Origin: Patescibacteria group bacterium
Lineage (GTDB): Bacteria; Patescibacteriota; Patescibacteriia; Veblenbacterales; UBA10138
Assembly (NCBI GenBank): GCA_043823825.1
Contig: JBDRTU010000026.1
Location: 43 to 64,042 of the forward strand
Direction of reading: 5' to 3'
DNA length: 64,000 nucleotides
Part shown: positions 49,910 to 59,502 of the stretch, in pieces
Numbering within the stretch: position 1 is the first letter of the stretch
Layout: every line of letters starts with the position of its first letter
Notes under the pieces: model-generated
The model's database searches: none
What the model was told of the DNA's origin: nothing
The model's input: only the letters and a program-made list of their open reading frames with translations
Position numbers and translations under genes: made by a program

Positions 49910-50950
49910 TTAAATAACCCGTTCAACTAAGAACAAAATTACGCCAATTACCGACATCACCGCTGCAATTACCCAAAAACGCATAACAATTTTAGGTTCG
50001 GGCCAACCAATCGCTTCTAAATGATGGTGTAAGGGGGTAGAGAGAAAAACTTTTTTACCCCTTATTTTCCTGGACAAAACCTGAATAATCACTGACAAAG
50101 CTTCTAAAACAAATAGCAAACCAATAACTGGCAACAACCAAACGGCATTCGTCAGCATGGCTACCACTCCTAAAGTAACTCCTAGCGACATCGCACCAGT
50201 ATCGCCCATAAAAAAACGAGCTGGATTAATATTAAACCAAAGGAACGCTAATAAAGCGCCGGCGATAACGCCACAAAAAGCAGCTAGATCAACTTTACCT
50301 AAACTAAAAGCAATAGCGCCATATGCGGCAAAAGCAGCTAGTAGTGTACCACCCGCTAAACCATCTAAACCGTCTATCTCATTTACGGAAAAAGAAGTAG
50401 CTACAATGATAAAAATAAAAAGCGGTACATACCACCAACCAATATCAATATTGCCGACCAATGGTAAATACAAACTAGTCCAATCCAACTTATAGTAAAA
50501 CCACCAGGCGCCTACTACCGCTATCAAAGTATAAATAATCAGCTTGTAACGCATCCGTATGCCTCCGCCTTTCGGCCCAATTCCTTTAACATTGAACCAA
50601 TCATCAATTAAGCCAACAATAGCTGAGGCAACTAAAGCACCAAGAGGGAGTAGTGTTTCACTCCGGCTAAAAAAATTAAGCATGGATGGCAGAAAACCTA
50701 ATTCAGTTAAATAAAAAAATAGTAAAGCCAATACTAAAGTGGTTAACCACACTAAAATACCACCCATAGTTGGTGTGCCTTGCTTGGATTGGTGTAAACG
50801 CGACATTATAGGCGCAGAACCCTCATCACGAATCTTTTTACCCAAATGGTATTTATAAAGCCAATGCGTTAATAAAGGCGTTGCTATAAAAGCCACCACA
50901 AACGAGGTAGTAGTTAAGACTAGTATTTTTACCACTGATATAATATCCAT
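49910..50950 (-). CDS. mraY: Phospho-N-acetylmuramoyl-pentapeptide transferase
   Basis: Ten-TM MraY with the conserved DD and NxxNxxDGxDGL motifs (NEIDGLDGLAGG). Confidence 0.95.
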   Translation of the reverse strand: MDIISVVKILVLTTTSFVVAFIATPLLTHWLYKYHLGKKIRDEGSAPIMSRLHQSKQGTPTMGGILVWLTTLVLALLFFYLTELGFLPSMLNFFSRSETLLPLGALVASAIVGLIDDWFNVKGIGPKGGGIRMRYKLIIYTLIAVVGAWWFYYKLDWTSLYLPLVGNIDIGWWYVPLFIFIIVATSFSVNEIDGLDGLAGGTLLAAFAAYGAIAFSLGKVDLAAFCGVIAGALLAFLWFNINPARFFMGDTGAMSLGVTLGVVAMLTNAVWLLPVIGLLFVLEALSVIIQVLSRKIRGKKVFLSTPLHHHLEAIGWPEPKIVMRFWVIAAVMSVIGVILFLVERVI

Positions 50951-50973
50951 AAATTATTTTATCAAACCAATCA

Positions 50974-51351
50974 CTAGCTATTAAAAACAACTAATAAAAA
51001 AATTAACCAAGCTAAAGCTAAATTAGCCATTACGGCCAACCAAAGAAAAGTAAAGCGCATAGTTATACTATATCTACCAACCAGGTAACCCAAAATAATA
51101 TTTACTATAAGTATAAGTAACCCCGTCAATGGAGGCAAGAAAATATAATACCAGGGGGCAACCCAATTAGCTCCCACATAAATTGAATACCTAATTGTTA
51201 AAAAATTATCACCCAACTCTAATTGCCAGTAAGGCAACCACCAACTTACTAGGTTAAGAATAAGACTTACCACTATCAGTGCTAAGGTATTGGGCGAACG
51301 ACAAAATGATCGCCATGCAAAACTAGTAGATGCTCCTAAAGTTGTAATCAT
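50974..51351 (-). CDS. Hypothetical small membrane protein
   Basis: 125 aa with three or four TM helices, located between mraY and the divergent pil operon. Confidence 0.4.
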   Translation of the reverse strand: MITTLGASTSFAWRSFCRSPNTLALIVVSLILNLVSWWLPYWQLELGDNFLTIRYSIYVGANWVAPWYYIFLPPLTGLLILIVNIILGYLVGRYSITMRFTFLWLAVMANLALAWLIFLLVVFNS

Positions 51352-51434
51352 ACTGCCCTTTGATTTTAATCTGTCAAGCGCTCAATGGCAAACTTTAAGG
51401 AAAGATAAGTAACTTCTATCAATGTATCAGATTA

Positions 51435-51498
51435 TTGAGCCAAGCTTAAAGCAGTGTTATACTAAACTTGACAGCCAACCAAGATTTACCATTAAAAT
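51435..51498 (+). promoter_or_regulatory. Tandem sigma70-like promoters upstream of pilB
   Basis: TTGAGC-17 nt-TATACT (51435-51463), followed by TTGACA (51468-51473) with a downstream TAAAAT-like -10 box. Both lie upstream of the ATG at 51552, which argues against the track's TTG start at 51468. Confidence 0.45.
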
Positions 51499-51551
51499 AT
51501 ACTACCCGAACACTGCCAGATACTAAAATTTTAAACCAAAGCGGACCAGAT

Positions 51552-53279
51552 ATGATCAAACAAGACAAAATCATTAAAGCGCTGGTAGTAAGTAACACTA
51601 TCAAGCCAGACCAACTTAAAAAAATCCAAATGCAGGCTAAAACAAAAAAGCTATCGTTGGAAGAGTATTTGGTTAATCAAAAAATAATTAGCGAGAGTAA
51701 ATTGTATGAGCTGGTTGCCAAAGAGCTAGGTCTGCCTTTTGTTGATCTTAAAAACACAGTAATTCGCAAAGATATATTACTAACTATTCCCGAGCCAATT
51801 GCTCAAACCCATAACATTATTGCTTTTAATAAAGATAAAGAAAGTATAAAAGTTGCGACCCTTGACCCAGAGGATCTACAAACTTTTGAGTTTATTGAAA
51901 AAAAATTCGGTACTAAAATTATAATTCATCTCACAACGCCTTCTGCTATTAAAGACGTTATTAAACAATACCATAAAAGTCTACAAGCGGAATTTGAAGC
52001 CTTAACTAAAGAAGAGATAGCTAAAGAAGAATCAACAGGCGAAAAGCTGCAACGATTAGCTGAAGACATTCCTGTTGTCAGAATGGTTGATACTTTGCTT
52101 GAATATGCAATTTTTGAACGAGCTTCTGATATTCATATTGAACCAACTGACACTGATGTAATCGTGCGTTATCGGATTGATGGCCTACTACGCGACGTTA
52201 TGACTTTACCCAAGAACGTCCAGTCTGGCTTGGTAGCCCGTATAAAAATATTATCCAGCCTTAAGTTAGATGAACACCGCTTACCGCAAGACGGGCGCTT
52301 TAAAATCAAAACCAAAGATTATGAAGTCTCTTTTCGTGTTTCTATTATTCCTGTGTTCAATGGTGAAAAAATTGTTATGCGCTTACTGCAGGAGTCAGGG
52401 CAGATTTTAACTTTGGAGCAATTAGGTTTGGATGAGCAACCTCTGCAAGTGGTAAAACGAAATATTGATAAACCTCACGGCATGATCCTAGTTACTGGGC
52501 CCACTGGGTCTGGTAAAACTACTACTCTTTATTCAATAATGCATATTCTTAATAAGCCAGAGGTTAATATTTCCACTATTGAGGACCCTATTGAATACCG
52601 TATGCCTCGCATTAATCAAAGTCAAGTTAACCCCCGTATTGGTTTTACTTTTGCCAACGGGCTTCGTTCGCTCTTAAGACAGGACCCTGATATTATTATG
52701 GTTGGCGAAATTCGTGATACAGAAACCGCTGAAATCGCCATTCATTCTGCCATGACCGGCCATTTAGTACTATCAACTTTACACACTAATGATGCAGTTG
52801 GTACTTTACCAAGATTATCACAAATGGGTATCCCCTCTTTCTTAATATCTTCCACCGTCAATGTTGTAGTCGCTCAACGATTAATGCGCAAACTTTGTCA
52901 GGAGTGTAAAGTATCTTACCATCTATCAAAAAGTAATGTTAACGAATTATCGCAGAAAATAGACATTGATTCAATCAACAAAAGTCTATCTTCTTTAAAG
53001 GTGCTTAAAGGTAACGAAAAACTGGAGCAGCTATCTTTTTATCACTCGCAAGGCTGCAAACAATGCAATAATCAAGGTTATAAAGGTCGGGTGGGAATTT
53101 ATGAAGTATTGGAAGTAACGCCAGCCATAGCCGAGTTAATTCTAAGTAATAGTGCCGTAGAAAAACTGCAGAGCAAAGCGATTGAGCAAGGCATGATACC
53201 ATTGCTGATTGACGGTTTTTATAAAGCTATTAAAGGACTAACTAGTATAGAAGAAATACTACGAGTAACCAAAGAGTAA
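51552..53279 (+). CDS. pilB: Type IV pilus assembly ATPase PilB (GspE family)
   Basis: GspE N-domain, Walker A GPTGSGKTT, Asp and His boxes, and a C-terminal tetra-Cys motif (CQECK ... CKQCNNQGYKGR). Start moved to the internal ATG. Confidence 0.9.
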   Translation: MIKQDKIIKALVVSNTIKPDQLKKIQMQAKTKKLSLEEYLVNQKIISESKLYELVAKELGLPFVDLKNTVIRKDILLTIPEPIAQTHNIIAFNKDKESIKVATLDPEDLQTFEFIEKKFGTKIIIHLTTPSAIKDVIKQYHKSLQAEFEALTKEEIAKEESTGEKLQRLAEDIPVVRMVDTLLEYAIFERASDIHIEPTDTDVIVRYRIDGLLRDVMTLPKNVQSGLVARIKILSSLKLDEHRLPQDGRFKIKTKDYEVSFRVSIIPVFNGEKIVMRLLQESGQILTLEQLGLDEQPLQVVKRNIDKPHGMILVTGPTGSGKTTTLYSIMHILNKPEVNISTIEDPIEYRMPRINQSQVNPRIGFTFANGLRSLLRQDPDIIMVGEIRDTETAEIAIHSAMTGHLVLSTLHTNDAVGTLPRLSQMGIPSFLISSTVNVVVAQRLMRKLCQECKVSYHLSKSNVNELSQKIDIDSINKSLSSLKVLKGNEKLEQLSFYHSQGCKQCNNQGYKGRVGIYEVLEVTPAIAELILSNSAVEKLQSKAIEQGMIPLLIDGFYKAIKGLTSIEEILRVTKE

Positions 53280-53286
53280 TCATCTT

Positions 53287-54501
53287 ATGAAATTTTCCTA
53301 CAGCGCAAGAACTAAGACTGGAGAAATTAAACAAGGAGAAGTAGACCTTGCTTCCGAGTCTCAACTAGCTGACTACTTGCGTAATCGGGATTTACTATTA
53401 ACTAAAGCTACAGCGCAAACTGAGGAGGCTAAACATAAAACTTTGAAAGCTATTTTAAATTGGCAGCGGATTAGAGCGATTGATAAGATTTTCTTTACTC
53501 AAAACCTACACGTAATGCTTAAGGCTGGTTTAACTGTTACAGCTTCTCTTAAAACCTTAGCAGAGCAAACTTCCAACAAACGCTTTAAAAATATTCTTGA
53601 AGAAATAAGGCTTAATGTGGAAAAAGGTCTTACTTTATCCGACGCCTTAAGCTCATATCCGAAAGTTTTTTCTGAGCTCTTTATTAATATGGTACGCGCG
53701 GGCGAAAAAAGTGGTAAACTAGAAGAAGTACTTGTGCAAATTACCAACCAGCTCCGTAAAAGTCATAGTTTGATTAGTAAAGTGCGTGGCGCCTTAACCT
53801 ATCCCACTATTGTCATTATTGCTATGGTAGGAATCGGCATCACTATGATTGTCTTTGTCATCCCTCAAATCACTGCGATTTTTAAAGAGGTTGATGCTGC
53901 CCTACCATTGCCTACGCGTGTATTAATCAAAACCAGTGAAATTGTAGTAACTCAAGGACTTTGGTTAATTTTAGCAGCGATTCTCTTGATTGTCGGGTTC
54001 ATTTACGCGATTCACACTGTTCGAGGTAAAAAAGTTTGGCACACCCTACTACTTAAACTTCCCTTAGTTAATAATATCTTTAAACAAATCAATCTTGCAA
54101 AATTTTCACGAACCTTTTCCTCGCTTTTAAAAACAGATATACCAATTGTTCAAACCTTTCAAATTACTGCCACCACCCTAGGTAATGTTCGCTACCGCCA
54201 ACTGGTGCTAGAGGCTGCTAATCAAGTAAAAAGCGGTACTGCTGTGTCCCAGGCCATTGGAACTAATCACCAACTCTTTCCTCCTTTAGTTATCCAAATG
54301 GTTTCAGTGGGCGAAGAAACCGGTACTTTAGACTCGGTGCTAGACGAATTAGCAAACTTCTACGAGGAGGAAGTTGACCGCATAATGAATAACCTTTCCA
54401 CTATTATTGAGCCGGTCCTAATGTTAATTCTTGGTACCGCTGTTGGTTTCTTCGCTGTTTCAATTATTTTGCCAATGTACAGCCTAACTGAACAAATATA
54501 A
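53287..54501 (+). CDS. pilC: Type IV pilus platform protein PilC (GspF family)
   Basis: Two GspF repeats with three TM helices in the typical arrangement. Confidence 0.9.
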   Translation: MKFSYSARTKTGEIKQGEVDLASESQLADYLRNRDLLLTKATAQTEEAKHKTLKAILNWQRIRAIDKIFFTQNLHVMLKAGLTVTASLKTLAEQTSNKRFKNILEEIRLNVEKGLTLSDALSSYPKVFSELFINMVRAGEKSGKLEEVLVQITNQLRKSHSLISKVRGALTYPTIVIIAMVGIGITMIVFVIPQITAIFKEVDAALPLPTRVLIKTSEIVVTQGLWLILAAILLIVGFIYAIHTVRGKKVWHTLLLKLPLVNNIFKQINLAKFSRTFSSLLKTDIPIVQTFQITATTLGNVRYRQLVLEAANQVKSGTAVSQAIGTNHQLFPPLVIQMVSVGEETGTLDSVLDELANFYEEEVDRIMNNLSTIIEPVLMLILGTAVGFFAVSIILPMYSLTEQI

Positions 54502-54504
54502 TTT

Positions 54505-55572
54505 ATGTTGTTTAATTCCCAACTCAATATTATTGGCCTTGATATTAGTGAGCGATCATTGAAAGCTTTCCAGTTTAGTAAGGGTTTCCAGGGCCGTTGT
54601 AAATTACAAGCGGCTAGTGATGTGGAGCTTGTAAGTGGAATTATTAAAGATGGACAAATTGTAGAACCTGAAAATATGGTACAGGCAATAAAACAATTAT
54701 TAGCATACCCCAAAAAAGGGAACTTCATCGGTCATCATGTTGTTGCCTGTTTACCGGAAACCAAAACCTTTATTAAAATGATTGATATCCCACCAATGTC
54801 TCGCGAAGAAATTGCCGAAGCGATAAAATGGGAAGCTGAACATCATATACCTATACCGATCGCAGAAACATATTGGGATTGGGAGTTGGTAAAAAAAAGA
54901 GCTGACGAAAAACGTTTACCAATCTTATTAGGAGTAGCGCCAAAAGAACTAGTTGATAATTATACCCAAGTACTTAATGATGCAAATCTGGTAACAGTGG
55001 CTTTAGAAATAGAGGCTATGTCACTAGTTCGCTCCTTGATAAATAATGCTAACGAGCAAAGAAATGAAGCAACGATGATTATAGATCTAGGTTATAGCAG
55101 AACTAGTTTATGTGTTTACGATCGTGACACCATCCAGTTTACCGTTAACGTACCAATCTCAGGTAGCAAAATGACTCAAGAAATATCTAAAACTTTAAGC
55201 TTAACTGAAGTAGAGGCAGAAAAGGCTAAAATAATTTGCGGTTTTGATCCTAAAAAATGCCGTGGCGCTATGCAACAAATACTCAACCGCGAAATTGATC
55301 ATTTGATTAAGAGAATTAAGGAAACATTTAGTTTTTACCATGAACACTTTCCTCAAAGTGACCCAATAAAAAAAATTACCCTTTGTGGGGGAGGCGCCAA
55401 CTTTAAATTGATTGATTCTTACTTAGCTCAAGCTTTAGATATGAAAGTGGTACGTGGCAATCCTTGGTGTAATATCTTGGGCCTCGCTCCGCCTTTTAGT
55501 TCATCTATTATGCTGTCTTATACTACTGCCATTGGCCTAGCTTTAAGGCCGGTAGCGATTACTTATGCTTAA
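54505..55572 (+). CDS. pilM: Type IV pilus assembly protein PilM (actin-like)
   Basis: N-terminal motif IGLDISERSLKA and an actin-like ATPase fold. Immediately follows pilC. Confidence 0.85.
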   Translation: MLFNSQLNIIGLDISERSLKAFQFSKGFQGRCKLQAASDVELVSGIIKDGQIVEPENMVQAIKQLLAYPKKGNFIGHHVVACLPETKTFIKMIDIPPMSREEIAEAIKWEAEHHIPIPIAETYWDWELVKKRADEKRLPILLGVAPKELVDNYTQVLNDANLVTVALEIEAMSLVRSLINNANEQRNEATMIIDLGYSRTSLCVYDRDTIQFTVNVPISGSKMTQEISKTLSLTEVEAEKAKIICGFDPKKCRGAMQQILNREIDHLIKRIKETFSFYHEHFPQSDPIKKITLCGGGANFKLIDSYLAQALDMKVVRGNPWCNILGLAPPFSSSIMLSYTTAIGLALRPVAITYA

Positions 55573-56101
55573 ATTAAATCTAATCAGTCCTGAACAAAAA
55601 AAATACCTGCGTATGGAGCTTATTTATCTATCGCTACGGGCTGTAATTTGGTTAGTTTTAATCTTTACTCTAGTTATGGCGGCTACCTTTTTATCAGCTC
55701 GTATCATGTTAGAGGAAAATAATGCTACTTTGATTACCGAATCTACTTTGGTTACTCAACGAAATTTAAGTATTGACCGAGAGGTAGCAACTATTAATTC
55801 TTCTTTAAAAGAGATTGCCTCTATCCAAAAAGATTTTGTTAAGTGGTCGGCATTTTTAGTCAACTTTACCGCTATTATCCCTCCAAACGTTACCATTAAT
55901 TCATTAGCTCTCGAAAAGGGAGCTCAGTCTTTAACTTTGCAGGGCACGGCCGCCACCAGAGACGAATTTCTCTTACTGAAAAATAACTTAGAGCAACTCC
56001 CTTATTTAAGTGAGGTTAATAGTCCAATTACTAATTTGCTTCTTAAACAAAATTTAGATTTTCAATTTACTGCCAAAATTAATTTTGATCTTCTACCCTA
56101 G
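55565..56101 (+). CDS. pilN: PilN-like type IV pilus assembly protein
   Basis: Short cytoplasmic N-terminus, one TM helix and a periplasmic domain. Overlaps pilM by 8 nt. Confidence 0.65.
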   Translation: MLKLNLISPEQKKYLRMELIYLSLRAVIWLVLIFTLVMAATFLSARIMLEENNATLITESTLVTQRNLSIDREVATINSSLKEIASIQKDFVKWSAFLVNFTAIIPPNVTINSLALEKGAQSLTLQGTAATRDEFLLLKNNLEQLPYLSEVNSPITNLLLKQNLDFQFTAKINFDLLP

Positions 56102-56675
56102 GATTAATATGCTTTCTCACACCAGCAAACCTCAGCATAAAATAACAGCTAGTTTGGTAACCACTCTAGTAATAGTTATTGCTTTAGTTGCTTTTATCAT
56201 TTGGCCCAGCTTTACCCGAATCAAAGAGTTGCGCGGCAATATTATGGATCAGCGCGTTGAATTAGAAAGAATTTATCTACAAGGACAAAGTTTAAAAAAA
56301 ACTGTTGAGCAGTATCAAGAAATTAAATCAACTATTTCTCTGCTTAATAGTGTCTATATTAAAGAGGGGAAAGAACTAGCATTAATCGAATCCTTAGAAC
56401 AATTAGCTGAACAACAATCTATTGATCAAGATATCAAACTGGCCACTATTGATCCTAATAAAAATCAGGGTAAGCTTCTACCATTACAATTAACAATCAC
56501 TGGCAATTTTAATGATTTAATAACTTATCTGGCTGGCTTAGAAAGTCTGAGTTATTACTTAAATATTACCACTCTAAGAATCTCGGCTGGATCTTCTTTA
56601 GGTACCCAATTTAATAACACTAACAATACTTCCATCACCGCTTTACTAGTGGCTAATTCTTATTACGAACCATGA
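56085..56675 (+). CDS. pilO: PilO-like type IV pilus assembly protein
   Basis: TM helix followed by a coiled coil (LRGNIMDQRVELERIYLQGQSLKK) and an alpha/beta domain, at the usual operon position. Confidence 0.55.
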   Translation: MIFYPRINMLSHTSKPQHKITASLVTTLVIVIALVAFIIWPSFTRIKELRGNIMDQRVELERIYLQGQSLKKTVEQYQEIKSTISLLNSVYIKEGKELALIESLEQLAEQQSIDQDIKLATIDPNKNQGKLLPLQLTITGNFNDLITYLAGLESLSYYLNITTLRISAGSSLGTQFNNTNNTSITALLVANSYYEP

Positions 56676-57004
56676 TGTTTAAATTTTTCGCTACCATTAA
56701 AAAAATCCCTCCAACACTACTTTATAAACTGGTGCCAATAGTTATTATTCTAGCTATCCTTGTTGCATTAGGCTGGTCTGTTATTTTTTTATACTTAAAC
56801 TTTTACCAAACGCTTACCCAAGCTGAAGAGGTTTCAATATTGCGTAGCCAAGTATCTTTAAGGACAATAAATCTGAAACTTTATGATCAAGTTTTCTCTG
56901 CATTAGCGCATAAAAAGGAATTTGATGCTGAAAAACTAAAAAATCTTAACAACCCTTTTGCTCGTAAAAGCACTCGGGCCTCAACGCCACTAACAGATCA
57001 TTAA
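56672..57004 (+). CDS. Hypothetical single-TM protein, last gene of the pil operon (PilP-position)
   Basis: 110 aa with one TM helix. Overlaps pilO by 4 nt. Confidence 0.4.
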   Translation: MMFKFFATIKKIPPTLLYKLVPIVIILAILVALGWSVIFLYLNFYQTLTQAEEVSILRSQVSLRTINLKLYDQVFSALAHKKEFDAEKLKNLNNPFARKSTRASTPLTDH

Positions 57005-57038
57005 GAGAGATGAATCATTAATCTAAACTATAATTTTA

Positions 57039-57073
57039 AAAACAAACCAATTTTTAAAGGTTTGTTTTTTTTA
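57039..57073. terminator. Bidirectional rho-independent terminator
   Basis: Stem aaaacaaacc ... ggtttgtttt flanked by A- and T-tracts, between the convergent pil operon and nfu. Confidence 0.65.
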
Positions 57074-57088
57074 ATAATTAACATTTAT

Positions 57089-57328
57089 TTAAACCGGCTC
57101 AACTTGTTTTACTTGCGGCAGTTCTTTTTTTAATGCCTCTTCCAAACCATATTTTAAAGTTATTTGAGAAATACTGCAGGTGGCACAAGCGCCCTGTAAA
57201 CTAACTTTTACCACGCCAGTCTTTGTATCCCAGTTAACAAATGTAATATGACCGCCGTGCCCAGCTATATAAGGCTCGGACTGCGCCAATACTGATTTAA
57301 TTTTATTAACAATCGCTTGCTTAGTCAT
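57089..57328 (-). CDS. Nfu/NifU-C-terminal-domain Fe-S cluster carrier
   Basis: 79 aa with the CxxC motif in GACATCSISQITL, typical of Nfu-type proteins. Confidence 0.75.
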   Translation of the reverse strand: MTKQAIVNKIKSVLAQSEPYIAGHGGHITFVNWDTKTGVVKVSLQGACATCSISQITLKYGLEEALKKELPQVKQVEPV

Positions 57329-57380
57329 AATATAATAATATCACATGGCTATCCACTACTTACAACTTAGATTAAATACC

Positions 57381-57971
57381 TTATTCACTATACGGAATAC
57401 TCCCCCGATCCCCTAGCTTAAAAACAATATCATCGCAATCATAGGCATTAATCCCAACTTTATTAGGCCCAAAAGAAATAATGGCTACAATAGCCTTTTC
57501 TTCTGTTTTTCCCGGACAACCATGAAAGCGGTAATAATCAGGATCAAACAAATAAGGCATGCCCCATGGATCTTTAGTAAATGATAAATAAGGCCCATTC
57601 CAGGCTGCGACATCACTATTGGTCCAAGTACATTCCCCGCCCGACCTACCGTCGCCGTCGTCTGTTTCAGGCCTAGGTGCCTGGGCACTAACCAGTCCTG
57701 ACTGCCTTTCATTAATACTTACTTCAGGATCAAATACTTCACCTGGCAAACAACCATTAGGCCATTTGCCAGTGTCGTTTTCTAATAAATAAATGGCAGT
57801 AGAAATCTGCTTCATATCAGCTCGAGTTAGTATTTCATAAACCCGACTACGCACTTCTTGCAAACCCCCCATTTGAATAGTTGCTAAAATTGCGATGATT
57901 CCCAGCACTACCAGCAGTTCCACTATTGAAAAACCCTTAATCTGGGTTACTTTATTATGCTTACCTAGCAT
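57381..57971 (-). CDS. Type IV pilin (prepilin with class III signal peptide)
   Basis: Leader MLGKHNKVTQIKG, then FSIVELLVVLGIIAILA (the G|F(S/T)xxE prepilin cleavage/methylation motif) and a Cys-containing C-terminal domain. Start placed at the internal ATG. Confidence 0.75.
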   Translation of the reverse strand: MLGKHNKVTQIKGFSIVELLVVLGIIAILATIQMGGLQEVRSRVYEILTRADMKQISTAIYLLENDTGKWPNGCLPGEVFDPEVSINERQSGLVSAQAPRPETDDGDGRSGGECTWTNSDVAAWNGPYLSFTKDPWGMPYLFDPDYYRFHGCPGKTEEKAIVAIISFGPNKVGINAYDCDDIVFKLGDRGSIPYSE

Positions 57972-58058
57972 AACTCTATTGTAACTCAATTTGATGTTAA
58001 AAAAAATCATGACTGCTAGCAGACAAATCAAGAATAATGTTATAATTCACTTAAGTCT

Positions 58059-59354
58059 ATGGAAAATCTTCAGCGCTGGTCCAAATACTACCTAAAGATA
58101 AGTTATCTCTTTATAATATTGGCGGTTTTGATTTTTGGTATTGCGGCTGGTTTTAGCTATGGTTTAAAAATTCAATCACCTCCCGGTAGCGATCCTCATC
58201 AAACTTTCTTACTGGAAATCTATGATCAGGTTAAGGCAAACTATTGGGGCGATTTAACAGACGAGCAACTGACCAATTCCTTTAGATTAGCTGCTGAGAA
58301 ATTAACCGGTAAAAAACAAACCTTAAAAACCCCTAATCGCCGTGGGTTGCAAAGCATGCTTGAGGATATTATTGCTCCCCTGCCGCCTGATCAGAAAAAA
58401 GAAATTGCCATTAACATCGGCGACATCGTCTTGGCTAATTTAACACCCTTTGGCCGCAGCCGCTTATACACTTCAAAAAAAGAACAGGCCTTACAAGATA
58501 CTATTAGCAATGTGGATCAGAATACTGATTTATATCAGGTGTTGGGTGTTTCAACTTCGGCTGATCAAAATGAGATAACCCGGGCGTATGAGGAAAAAAA
58601 GTCAGAATACGCCGCTAATGACTCGTCCGAAGCCAAAGAAAAGATGGCTACCCTCTCTCGCGCTTATGAGGCTTTGGGTAATGAATTTTCCAAACAACGT
58701 TATGATCAAGTAAAAGCAGAGCCAACCGTGGTGTCTCGCCTGCTAACGCCCGATATTATATATTTACAAATTAAAAAAATTGCTCCGGCAACGCCAGCTG
58801 AATTCAAAAAATGGGCTGATGATTTAAATAATAAACCGCCGCCAACCTCCCTAATTATTGATTTACGAAATAATCTGGGTGGAGACCTAGATACCCTGCC
58901 GATATTCACTGGCTTTTGGCTGGGCCAAAACCAATACGCTTTTGAATTGTTTAAACAAGGCGAAGCTAAACCCATCAAAACTACTACTGCATCGCTCCCT
59001 GCTTTATTGGATTTCAAAAAAAATGTAGTTTTAATTAACAATGAAACAAAATCTTCAGCCGAGGTGTTGGCAGCCATGCTAAAAAAATATAATCTGGCAG
59101 TAATAGTGGGAGACAAAACTAAAGGTTGGGGCACGGTAGAAAGCTTTTATCAGCTTAAAACCCAATTTAATCAAGATGAAACTTACAGCATATTAATGGT
59201 GCATAGCGTTACTCTCCGAGATGATGGTCAGCCAATTGAAAGCCGCGGTGTAGAGCCAGACATTAAAATAACCGACACTAACTGGGAGAAAAAACTGCTA
59301 GAATATTACAACTACCAACCATTAATAGACGCTGTAAAGCAAGTAATAAATTAA
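58059..59354 (+). CDS. Membrane-anchored protein with a degenerate J-domain fused to an S41 (C-terminal processing) peptidase-like domain
   Basis: N-terminal TM helix. DLYQVLGV ... AYEALGNEFSKQRYD aligns to a DnaJ J-domain but lacks the HPD motif. The C-terminal half carries S41 motifs LIIDLRNNLGGDL, SSAEVLA and GDKTKGWG. No PDZ domain is evident. Confidence 0.6.
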   Translation: MENLQRWSKYYLKISYLFIILAVLIFGIAAGFSYGLKIQSPPGSDPHQTFLLEIYDQVKANYWGDLTDEQLTNSFRLAAEKLTGKKQTLKTPNRRGLQSMLEDIIAPLPPDQKKEIAINIGDIVLANLTPFGRSRLYTSKKEQALQDTISNVDQNTDLYQVLGVSTSADQNEITRAYEEKKSEYAANDSSEAKEKMATLSRAYEALGNEFSKQRYDQVKAEPTVVSRLLTPDIIYLQIKKIAPATPAEFKKWADDLNNKPPPTSLIIDLRNNLGGDLDTLPIFTGFWLGQNQYAFELFKQGEAKPIKTTTASLPALLDFKKNVVLINNETKSSAEVLAAMLKKYNLAVIVGDKTKGWGTVESFYQLKTQFNQDETYSILMVHSVTLRDDGQPIESRGVEPDIKITDTNWEKKLLEYYNYQPLIDAVKQVIN

Positions 59355-59502
59355 CCAGCGTACGCTCATTAGCCCTTTCTTTATATTATATAAAGGGTCA
59401 TTTGTTTTGCTCGGATTGACAAATTACCCTATTTAAGATAAAAGTAAAGTAATTAAAAAAACAAAAAAAGCACTTTTACATCAATTTATAAGAGGTGATT
59501 TT

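Noticed and set aside
51468-51551. The track's TTG start for pilB at 51468
   Set aside because: The TTG is itself the -35 hexamer TTGACA of a consensus promoter, and a second promoter lies just upstream. The ATG at 51552 gives a GspE-like N-terminus.
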